Part shown: piece after piece, positions 13,601 to 26,100 of the stretch
Layout: every line of letters begins with the position of its first letter
Position numbering within the stretch: position 1 is the stretch's first letter
Origin: Intoshia linei
Lineage: Eukaryota > Animalia > Orthonectida
Direction of reading: 5' to 3'
NCBI GenBank assembly: GCA_001642005.1
Contig: LWCA01000063.1
Location: 64-64,063 of the forward strand
DNA length: 64,000 nt
Notes under the pieces: generated by a model
Databases searched by the model: none
What the model saw: the letters and a program-made list of their open reading frames with translations, nothing else
What the model was told of the DNA's origin: nothing
Made by a program: the position numbers and the translations under genes

Positions 13601-14498
13601 TCAATGCACACGAAATGAAAATTAAAGATTTAATGAATAGGATATCTGGTTTACAAGTGAGCTTGGAAGAAAAACATGCTATTCAACATGATTCGGATGT
13701 GAAGGGTAGAAAAATTAAAAGAACCTTGGATGAATTGCACAAAACTAAAAGATTGTTTGATGATGCCAATTTAAAACTGCGAGAATATGAAATGGAAGGA
13801 AATAGTTGCAATGATTTATATGTAAGAAATTATACAAAATAGTTAATTTTTAACATTGGATACAATTTCTCTTGTACCCATTTATATATGACGTTTTTAT
13901 TTATATTTATATTTTAGCACCAATTGAATGAAAACATTAAAAAATGTGATCAATTAAAAGATGAAAATTATCAACTGAGAAAAAGACGAGATGAATTAGA
14001 AATGCTCACAAAAAACATTGACATGAGAAATGAAAATTTAAATTCAAACAAAAATAACTTGCATAAAGCTTATTCTGAAATTGGAAATAACCGTGAAGCT
14101 TTAAGAGTCATAACAATGCGTGAAAGTGATGTAACTTTAAATATAATAATTTAAAAAATTTTTAAATTTAGCTTACCAAATTTCGTACAATTATTGCTAG
14201 AATGTTGGGAATAAATGTATCAGAGCTGTCAAAAAAATTCACAGATTATGATATTTATTCACGGTTGGAACAATTAATTTTATTGGCTCAACATTATTCT
14301 AAAGACGGGACAAGTTATAGTGTTGATACAAAATTTCACAGTAAATATGATAAACATTTTATCAAAGGATATCAGCAACCCGACAATTTAACTCATACCA
14401 ATTTTAAAAATTCAAAAAATCGAAAAATGTTGACATCTAAATTACCAAATCGCAACAAAAAACCTCTTTCAGGTAGATATGATTCTAGAATTTACTAA
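10687..14498 (+). CDS. CCDC170: CCDC170-like long coiled-coil protein, multi-exon
   Basis: Heptad-rich exons. C-terminal LTKFRTIIARMLGINVSELSKKFTDYDIYSRLEQLI parallels CCDC170 LADFREVVSQMLGLNVTSLALPDYEIIKCLERLV. N-terminus is low-complexity N/Y/R-rich. Confidence 0.72.
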
Positions 14499-14544
14499 AC
14501 CATATTTACCATTAAATTTACTTTAAAATTTTTTTTCTTGCATT

Positions 14545-17500
14545 TTAAATTTTTATTATCAATTTAACATCTTTAACGGTATCTACATTTTTTAACATTT
14601 TTTGTTCACTATTATCAGTCAATTCAACGTTGGTTTCAGTTGTGTTAGTGTCATTTAGAATGATTTCATCATATTTCATTTTATATGTTGGACAAATTGG
14701 TATGTATTTGAAAAAATTCACTTTACGTATAAAGTTCATTCCAATTGGTAGATTGTATATTGATGATAGTTCTTTAGATTCAGACAATTTTAATCTTTCC
14801 TCATTTAAATTTGTAATGCCACGTTCTTGTTTTGTTCCTAAGTTTAATTATAATTTCTGGTGATACTTTTTAAATTTGATTTTTATTAAAATGATAGAAC
14901 CTGGTATGGTATTATCTAGAAGGAATCCTAGCACACCTCCAACAAACATGTGAGTACTCAGTAAAATTTTAATTGAATCTGATATTGTACTATTCCCTAA
15001 AAATGAGTTAATTATCTCAAGTATATTATAATAGTTACATTTTTATCATACACTTTTAAAATTTTATTATATGTGTTAATGGATAAGTATTAATTAATTA
15101 TTGTTATTCACAATGTATATACCAAATGAAAGGTTCTTTTGATTTCTTTTTATGTATTCTTAAATTAAGAAGTAAAAATTTAAAATTAAACATAATTATA
15201 CCAGGTATTGATATTCCAACAAATAGGGTTATGCCAATAATGAATAAATTCCTGGAATTATTTTCCATTTTATAAAATTGCGACATTCCAACGGATATTA
15301 TTACAGCTAAAAATACAAAGATACTTCATATAATATATGAACTAATAATACACATGGATCGGAATTGAATTGAAAAATACTTGATAAATTTTTATTTAAT
15401 TATACATAAAAACTATATACAATTGAATGTTTCTGTGTCTGTGTTATCGTATATTTAAAAAATTAACAGTCGTAGAATTTGAATGAACCCAATTTCTAAT
15501 ACAATTTTTTCCTGGGCATGTTTATATCTGATTTTCAGTTTCCGAATTTGAATACTTCAGGTCAAAAACCCAATTCGCCAAAATTTGTATAATAGAAATT
15601 GTAAACTACAAAAAATTTTGTAACTATCGATTTTCAAATTTAATTTAAATTTACATAAATAAATTAATTTCAAAACGTTTTGTAACTATCCATTTTAAAG
15701 TTTAGTTTAAATGTAAGTTTATTATATTTTAATTTTTCTATAATTGAATTATATTACTGTGAAGACTCCATATAAGTACATTCAATTCATGTGCGTATAA
15801 AAATTTTGAAACGTTATATAACAAACTATATTATCATATTATGATATAGAAAGTCATTTTCTTTTCATTTTCAAATACAATGTACAAAATTATAAAATGA
15901 TTCCAATATATTCAAAAATAAAAGTTTATTCACTAAAAACATAAAAATCACAATGATTTGTAGCTTATATAAAGTGACCAGAAAAATATGTATTATCACT
16001 TTTAGTTTATTTGGAATAAATTTTAAAACGAAAATTTTTATTTGTCATCATAATAAGTAAAAGCCTTTTATCCAGTTGAAAATGTACTTATGATAAGTTT
16101 AGTAATTAAATTAATTTCAAAAATTTGTAACCATTGATTTTAAAGTTTAGTTTAAATGTAAGTTTATTATATTAAAATGTTTCCATTATTTAAATTATAC
16201 TATTCGTTTCAAATCAAGCCAGTAAAGAATAAAAATTGTTATTGTTCACATCATACAAACTTTTAAAATTTCGAATCTCATACATATAACATGTAGAATA
16301 AAATTAAAAAAAATTTTACCAAATAAAACTATAAAAGCACCAGCTATAATTGGATCGGGAATAGTGATAAAAATAGCTCCAAATTTTGTAAATATTCCGA
16401 GACCAATCATGAAACAAGCTGAAATCAATATAACCATTCGAGATCCTACTTTAGTCAATCCAATTAATCCTACATTTATGCTTGTTGATGTTGTTCCATT
16501 CCCAGTTCCTAACATTGCATCAAACATTGAACCTAATCCTTCGACAAATATTCCTTAAAATGTAATGTTAATTTAATTTATTTTTATGTCTGAAGGTTTC
16601 CTAATGTCTTTCTCAGTGAATTACCAAGTTGTAAATATTTCAGAAATACAGTCATGCCTCATTCAACAAACAGGTTAAAATATAAACAATGTGCAAATTT
16701 TTAGAAATTTCTTTTTTTTTGCAAAAACATAAGAAGCGGTTCTTACGTTTATCTATGTAACGAGCTCTCCAGTTTATCGAAAAAAATAATAATAATTATA
16801 ATAATAGTTATTATAGTTGTTCTCTATTGATATAGTCATGTTTGCAAATTGCAATGCATAATGAAGGTCATGTTTGCCTTTAATATGGTCATTTTATATA
16901 TAGTATATATATTAAATAATGGTATATCTAAGTTTCAATATTGTCCAATAATAGAGAGAAATAAAATGTTAATACCTCTATTTATTGCATGGAGAGGAGG
17001 AATTGTAGCTCCACAAACATCTGCACACGTGTGATAATCTCCAATTGATTCGATAATTGTAGCCAAAATTCCAGATAATAATCCCAATACACAAACTATA
17101 TCAATGGTTGGATATCCCCACTGAACTAAAGATTAATATTAGTGGTTTTCGACACTTCCATTTCCTCTTTGAAAATAACGGAATTAATCTTAAACATATC
17201 GATTCTGGTCGAAACCCTATAATAGTTATTTCGTTTCAACGTACACTGCGACACGTGGTATTAATTACTTAATAATATTCCTCAATTAACTACATTCTAT
17301 GACGATTGACCCTTTCTAAATGAATATTTTTTGTGTAATATTTGTATATCTAAAAAATTCGACTTAAACCAACCCATACTAGTAAGCTGAAAAATCGTGT
17401 GGCTATTGATTCAACTACTGTAAATACCTGCTACATACTAGGGATGTAAAAACTAACCTGAAGCACAATACGAACACGAACTCTTAAACAGATCCAAACA

Positions 17501-20500
17501 CTTTGGATCGAATAGCGATTCGAACATGTTTACAGTAAACTAGATATATATTGTCTACTAGTGAACTACAGTTTAGTTGAATATAATAATATAAATTACA
17601 AGGATATGGGAATCTGAACCACGGTGAGTATTTGATGGCATCCATTTTTAAGTCAGTTCGAGCATTGAAATATTTTTCTCCAGCATTTGTGGGAAAAACA
17701 TTGGTTACAGTGAGAATAATTGATATAGTCCACATAATGATGATAGCAAAAACAATAGGAAACATGCTGAAAATTGGCATTTTCATAAAATAGAATCCCT
17801 TCTGTCGTTGATACATTATAATTGGTATTTGTATGTTACGAAGATATTGGGAAAAGACTATAATTAGCAAAACTGTACTAAATTAATTTCTTTTAATGGA
17901 CGATGACAATATAAAAAAATTACAATATACAAATTGGCCAACATCCTGAAGCGTATTCTGCAGATTTTGAGAATAAAGAAAACCCCAATAACGAAATTGT
18001 CGGACCAATTGTTAACGGTCCTAAAATTTATCAATAACAATATAGTGTAATATTAATGACGTTAGGGTGGAAAAAATTTCATCAATTATTTTTAATTAAT
18101 TAATTTAATTAAAAAATTAATATTTCTAAAATCAAAAACACATTTTCTAATACAATTTTTCGATAGCTGTTTTATCGCAAATTTCATTATTAGAAATTAA
18201 GTCCTTCAGGTTAAAAACCCAAATTATTTTTTTTGAAAAAGAAAACTGACTTAGAATGAAAAAATTATCATAGATAATACAGTGATTTTCATTTAACAGT
18301 CAAAAAATTTGAATCGCACAAGGGACGCCTTCCCGGTCAAACAAGCACTCTAGTTTAATTTTTTTTATTTGGTCACTATTTTATAAAACAAAAAATATAA
18401 TAACTAATAGTCTTATAATTTAAAAGAAATGATTATTTTCGCATACAATTCATACGTTCAAGTTGCATTTATTAACAACAAAATAAATATATATAAAATA
18501 AGTAAATTTTAATTAAAAATTTAATATTAATTATATGTAATTTTCCTACTCAACACACAAAAGCTCTTCAAATTAATTATAATGGATATATGCTAATTTA
18601 ACCTCTTTATTAAGCTATTCATAACAAACTGGCAATATTTGGACTATGGTCATTGAACATTTTTAAAACCATTTAAACAAAAATACCAACTTGTATATTT
18701 TAAATATTGTTATTAATTTCATTTTAGTCATTTTCAAAACTTGCAATAAATTCATACCTTCAATGAAACAATAAAAAATCCATTAATTCAAAATTTATCT
18801 CACAAAGGGTTGAAACCGTCCGCCCTAATTCGAAACTATCATACTAGGAAACACAGCTGCATGGGGTTAAATTATAAAATGCCTACCCTGAATTAAATTG
18901 TCGTTAAAATAAAATCGGTTGAACAGTAATACTATTCAATTAATTATAATTAATTTTCATTATCAAAGTATGGCATATATTGTAATCTGTTAGACATATA
19001 TAATATTACATGTAAATTAATTAAATTTGATTTTATCTAATATGTACCGAATTATCGAATAAATGAATCAAATTTTGTCATTTTAATTAGTTTCTTACTT
19101 TTTTGATTTATTGAAATAGAAATTTTTAAAAATTACTATTTCATTAAAATTTAATAGAGTAGTTATCACTGATAAATTATCAGAAAGCAATGTCGATTTG
19201 TTTGTTTTTATTACCGGCAAAAACAATGCTGATAACTTTGCTGGTATCAGCAAATTTTTTTAAAATATATTAATAACTAATTTGTAAAATCTAAACTGAA
19301 TGAGAGAAACTGAAAACCGAAACAATGACGCTTGTGAGTGTCACAAATTTTTAATGTTTAAAACTAAGTACTCGGAAAAAGGGACATTTTCCCGTCATGA
19401 TTGCTAAAATTTTGGTTTTTTATTTTTGGGTTGGATTAAGAGGTTTTTTAGTAATGTTTGGTAAAATCAAAGTTTTCAAAAAAATAAAGGAAAATTGATT
19501 TTTTCTTGAGGCTTTAAAGATTGGATTTTTATTTTGGGGAATGATTAAAGGTTTTCTATCACACGGTTTTTTGTAAAATCATCAGAAGAGAATTTTTACA
19601 TAAAGGGCTTAAAATGGTATTTTTTATTAAATTTTATTAATGGTGGGATAAAAGTGGTAATTATGAAAATTATAATTTAGCGATTGTCTAGGATTTTGGA
19701 TAAAATCCAAACATGTGGCAACTCTGTAATAATGTATTTTATAAAAATAAACTAATTTTTTCATTTTGCTGGTAATAAAATCAGAAAGACTGGTAACCCT
19801 TGGCTTATCAGTTAATAAAGAAACAAATAAATTATGATTAGTCCTATAGTAAATAAACTTTGTTTATCTTTGATTCAAAAAAAAAATTTTTACACTTATC
19901 ATAAAGATAACCAAATGACCAATGATTCCGAAAAAAGTTAAAATAACTTTAAATATGCTTCATGGTTTCAAGCCTAAAGAGGGACGTTTGATAATTTTTG
20001 TTACCGCTATAAATTGAACCATTTTTTATTAATTTTCTTAAATACTACAAATTTGTTTCTGATAATACCCATTGTAATGATTTGATGTCAAAAAGTATTA
20101 AGGTTTTGAGATTTAATAATAAAACAATTTTAAGTATATCGATAATAAATATATCTATAACAATGAAGAGTACTTCATTACACCCATTTTTTGTGAATAT
20201 TGTAATTTATATAAATTCATATACAATGTATAATATACATACACTGTACCAAGTTGGCATTGTACTCCACTGTACGTGTATTTTAATTAAAGTACATAAG
20301 ATAATAAAATTGTAATTTTCAGAGATTACATTATGATAACCTCGTATCACTGTCTAAAACAGTAGTACATAAACAAATATCAATCCATTTCATTTTATCA
20401 TATTAAAATTGACACATTGCTTATCCATAGTATCTATTACTGGAAAGTGTATAATGGAGTGCTTTCCAACCCATTTTGGTTGGCGACACACATTTCAATC

Positions 20501-22445
20501 TGAAAACTTATTGCGACACACCAATCTAATAATATACTATTGATTTGTTAAACGAAATTTTTTCTAATAATAATATCAAAATAAATATAAAATTATTGCT
20601 CCACTATAGATTAAAAATAATTATATATATATTGTTATTAAAAAAAATTACATTTGTATAAACGAGATTTAAATTATTTTTTCATTATTTTAAAAACGAT
20701 ATGAAAAGGTGTATTTCATGACTAATTTGATGTTTTATTTATTGATTTTGACTGTAAAATTATCATTTTGGTGATGAATTTAATCAAATTTAGTGAAAAA
20801 TAACACTATTTTAGTTATGTAAAAATGTTGTTTTCATTTGAAAATCTTATTTATGCTATTTATAACCAAAAATTTCATTTGGTCAAACAAATTTTTAAAA
20901 ATATATTTTAAAAAGTTTGGCGACACATCTGGAGATAATTGGCGACACACCGGTTGGAAATCACTGGTATATTATAATATATACATTTTTTTATAAAATT
21001 GAATATTTTTCTGTGTGATACCTATTACTAAACTAAGTGACTAGAATTTAAAAAAACATAAAGCATAAAGTATACAGTTTTTTGCAGAAATATTTTATCA
21101 AAAAGTTTCAAGTTTAGAAATTTGTATGTTTCTGGTCAACGTCCCGGTCGAATTTTCCAAAATATGATTTAATAAAGATACAAAATAATAATATTTAATG
21201 TATTATAAAACTGGGTAAGATAGAAAAAATTAAATAAAATACAATTGGTACACTTCGATAAAGTTGAATAATATAATGATCCTAGCAGTTAATACAAGTA
21301 TTTTCTAAAAAAATAACAGATTTTTAGAAAACATTTAATTTTACTATTGGGGTATAAAAATTTTTAGTAAAAAAGTGACCACCAAATAAGTTTGGAATTC
21401 CCAATGTTGCCACTCGTTATAGTTTAAACCGTTAAAATTGTATAAATTTTTTAATTGGTCCAAAAATAACTTTTTCATTATTATGCTTTATGAAAATGGT
21501 GTTTTTTTATTCTAAAGAAAAATCCACCCATAAATTGTACATTTAGTTATAAATTATCCTGTTAGTGATAAAAATGAGTATTTTCCATAATTTTAAAACT
21601 TAAATGAATTTTTGACATATTAACTTTTGGGAAAATAAACCTATAGATGTCAATTTTTTATAATAATGATAGAAGAAATGAGAATTAATAAAAAGAAGAT
21701 AAATCCTTGTTTCTTTACTTTTAAAAATTTATAAACCAGTACAGATCAATATAGTCAAATCTACTACAAATTACTAAAATATTTTAAATTTAAATAAATA
21801 TTGAAGGGTTAATATAACTTCAATGTCAATATAAATAGCTATTATATTATGATACCATAATGGTTTGTCCAAAGACGTTTATTAAAAGTATTTACCTATA
21901 AACCTCATAATCTTGCCAGACATTCCGAGCCCTCCAAGAAGTAATTCTAATACAGCCACAACCATTAGAGAACCTTGGATCTTAAAACTTGTAATAAATA
22001 AATAATAACAATTACTGTGCATAACCGTTCTTTCCAATTTCTACCTAAGATTTAAACATAAAAAAGAGAGTATAATAAAATACTAGAAAGGCAACTGTTG
22101 CTTTCAAGCTCAAAAAATGACAGAGTCGGCAATAAAAGAGCAAATGTTCCAGCTTGCACGATAGGCAATCTACTTTGTATTAATATTATAACAAATAAGC
22201 TTTTACCTAACTCCAAATAAATTTTGCACAATTGTTATTACTCCTGATGCAACAAAAATTGTACCAGTTATATGGGTTTGTCCCACTAAGTCATCACCCA
22301 TGCATAATGCTCTAGCTAACAGTTTTGGGATTGTTAATGTAGCTATAAACATAGAAATATAATGTTGAAATCCCAAAAAAATAGCTATGGATAATGGGGG
22401 TCTTTCATCGACAGTGTATAAGATATCTCTAACATTTTCCTTCAT
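14545..22445 (-). CDS. SLC23/NAT (NCS2) nucleobase-ascorbate transporter
   Basis: [14 protein letters not shown] (TM1 QH), [16 protein letters not shown] (TM8), [29 protein letters not shown] (NAT signature), [35 protein letters not shown]. Includes a ~3.9-kb intron (~18022-21896). Confidence 0.95.
20457..20966. mobile_element. hAT MITE
   Basis: TIRs GAGTGCTTTCCAACC / GGTTGGAAATCACTG; TSD 6/8 with central TA; four subterminal GCGACACA repeats. Confidence 0.75.
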
Positions 22446-23140
22446 CGAATTAAATTGAAATTATGTTTATGTAGTACAATTTGATTTACATGTAAACAAT
22501 AAATAGTTAAATGTACAATATATAAGACATAAAACTTGACTAAAAAGTACACCCAAAATCATAAAAAATAATTTATTTCAATAACAAATATTTAATGTAC
22601 AAGTCAATAAACAATTTCATGGTTGGTACGTTGTGCAGTATGTATTCATCTTCTATCGCCTAAGATTATAAATAAATTTACATTAATAAAATAAAAGTCA
22701 TTTTCAGACAGACTTAGAGTTAGCGTGATTAATTAGTACATTGAAAATGGATAATTTAAAATATCATAAGGTTAAATTGTTTTATAACATGTATCATTTT
22801 AATAAAAATTACCGCCGCGCAGAGGTATATTAATATTTGTCATGGTTGGTAAATCTTTATTTTTTCTTTTATTTCCTAATTTGCTTTTTACGGACATTAA
22901 CTCCCTCGTTTTGCTAAATGTTTAATTAAAAATTCAATATATCAAAATTCAGTATTTACTAGAAGGTTAAAAACTCGGATAATTCCAATAAATCGACTGT
23001 AAATTATTTGTAAAAGTGTATACCTATTCTTATTTATACATGTACTTTTTAAATATAATAATTTCAATCAATAAAAGTAAAAACATTACAAAATGTTGTT
23101 AGTCTGATGAATTTAGTTGGATTTAAGCTACTCAAATAAG

Positions 23141-26100
23141 TTACTTGTGAAAAATATTTGTGAGATTTTTATTTCTCTTTTCCAAATCATTAATTCGTTT
23201 TTGCAAATCATTGACTTGTTGGTTTTGAACCGTCAAATCACCTCGTAATTTGTTATTTTCGTCAATTGTCTAAATAATTTAAAAAAATAAATTTTTGGTT
23301 TAATACCAGAGTATTTTTTTTAGACAAATTATCCAGTAATTCAGCATCTGATTTAATCTTTTGAATTAAAGCGATACTACCAGATATGTTCTCGTATTGG
23401 ATTTGATCATTTGATGGATCGTCTTTGAAAGAATTCTAAAGGGTTTAAATTTAACAATCTAAAAAATTACATTAGAAATTCGTTTAAAAATATCATTGAC
23501 AAATCGTTGTCGTGTTTGTAGTAACCGTTGAAGTAGTACCCGCTAAACATAACATTTAATTAATTTATACTTGTTTAACCTTCTTTTCTTCGTAAGGTCG
23601 TTTATTGTTGTTAATTCTGCTTTTATATTCAAAATATTTTTTAAATTCATGTAGGGATAATTCCTTTTCTTTTAGTTGAGTACTAATAGTTGTGAAATTT
23701 GTTTTTAGTTTTTCATGATCGTCTTCAATATCGACAATTTTACTAAATTCAAAATGTTTAAATGTAATTAAATTTTACCGTGTTAATTCTGAAATTTTTC
23801 CTGTTTTTATTTCATTATCTTTGCGCATATTTTCAAGTTTTTTAATTTGATAATCTAAATCATTAGTGTCGGCATTTGATCCATCTTTAACACCGGGAGA
23901 TAGAATACCTAAAATTAATTAAAATTTGCAACAATTATGAAAATCTTATGCAATTCATTTTCAAACCAACACACAACCGGCAAATTATTCTGAAAATAAC
24001 AAAATATTTATGAATATCGATTTACAAAATTTAGATCTAGAAATGAATAGATAACTCTACCGTATAAAATCATCAAAGGTAGGTAGGAAATTTCAGATTA
24101 CCGAACCTACCATGCTAAACGGTCACCAAAAATCAGACAGTACATAAGAAATTTTCGCAAACGATATGTAATGCCAAATAGCTCTAGACACCTCTCCACG
24201 GGTCAGGACTGGGCATTTTAAATTTGACACACAAAATAATTGACATTCAAAAATATAATTATTTTAAATGTTCAATTTGGAAACATGAAGGTGGCTCTCA
24301 GAGAGAAACTCTCTGTACAGTAGTTTCTACACTGAAATTTCTTTCTGCACTATTTTTAAATAAAAAATATTAATGCTAAGTAATGCACTATTTAATTTTA
24401 TGTGAAATGATATAAAAAGGTTCAATATTGGTTCAAAAAAACTAGTTTTTTACTTTTACTAATAAATTAATTTATTCTATGTGAGTCACATAAAGTGATA
24501 TTGAAAAATAAGAGGAATTTAAAGAACAATTCAACAGAACATAACAAGTATTGACAAGCTATATGAAAAATTGAAAGAAATTGTAATTATAATCATATAA
24601 AATATCTTAATACCATTAATCCTAATATTTTTCAGCCTTAATTCCTCGGTTAGAGTGTCATTTTGAGATTTTAGTTGTTCAATCTTTTCATTAATGTCAA
24701 TATTTTCCAAAGTCAACTAAAATTAAAATAATTACACAATATTATATTCTTACATACATTATACAATCTGAAACAGGGGTGTCAGAATCAATTTGCTTGG
24801 CGGGACAAATGTGAAAAAAATTAATACGCGGGCCGCATAAAAAAATCTTTACTCAAAACATTATGTTAAAACTAACAGTTTTAATTAATTTATAATAATT
24901 TTTATTCATAAAATGAAATAAGAAACAATAATAATGGAATAAGTGTACAAATAATGTTAAAATTGTAATCATGAAAAATATATGAAAAAATTGTTATAAA
25001 CATAAAAATTTATATTATAGGGCCGCACATTCCACAATTGAAGGCAACATAATTGACACATTGATCTCAAAAGATGGTAAGCTTTCAAATCATGAAAAGT
25101 ACATTAACATATAACCTACAAGAGCAGTAAAAACCAAACATTTTTACTTACGGCACATACTGACGTAAGTTATAGGTATAATGATAAGCAATGAACCAGA
25201 TGGTCAAATCAAAAACAATAAATAATGCAAATTAAAAATTTCTAAATGAAAATTCTAAGAAAACTTTTAAAAGAAAATAATTATCCTTTACTTAAATAAA
25301 AATGAATGTCTGTGTGTGTTTGTGCGTAACCATCTATTAAAAAAATTGGCTGTCGCATGATTTAAAAAAACCCAGTTTCTAATACCGTTTTTTCCAGGAC
25401 GTGTTTTTATCCATTTTTCAGTTTCAGAATTTGAGTCCTTTAGGATCAAAAACAAAATTTCCCTTTTTGTTAAATAATCAACTCAAAAATTTAATAAAAC
25501 ATACATTCTGGAACGCATCTTAAAAGTATTAACATTGTCGTAAATCTTAGCCTCAGAAACGCATATGCTCAAAACCACAAATTAACCTTTGTTTTAAAAA
25601 TGAAACATGTCCTAATTTTTATTAAACATAAATTCTAGGATAGTTTTTAAAATCATAAATATTATCATAAATGGAAACCTCAAAAAAATAATTTTCACCA
25701 TCAAAACCTACATAACCTTTTTTTAAATGAAAACAGCCCTGGAATTTAAAAAAATTACAGATGGTACAGGTGTATCCTGTTAAAACACACAAAAAATTTT
25801 AATCTGAATAAATGGCACCTTCACCGCCAAAAAAGTACTTTAATATTCATTTTTTTTATTTCAAAACTATTTTATTAAAACAAAAAATTTGAAGTAATTA
25901 ATGGTCCTACAATTATAAAAAAGACTATTCTGACAGAGCTTATTCCATTTAATATAAATACAAAATTTCAACCCCGAAGTCTATGAATTCCCCTTGAAAA
26001 ATAATCATCCTACATTTTCAAAAAAAAATGTGAATTGAACGTCTACACATTTCCAATAAATAAATATGGGTGAAAATCTATATAATTGATTCCTTCGGGT

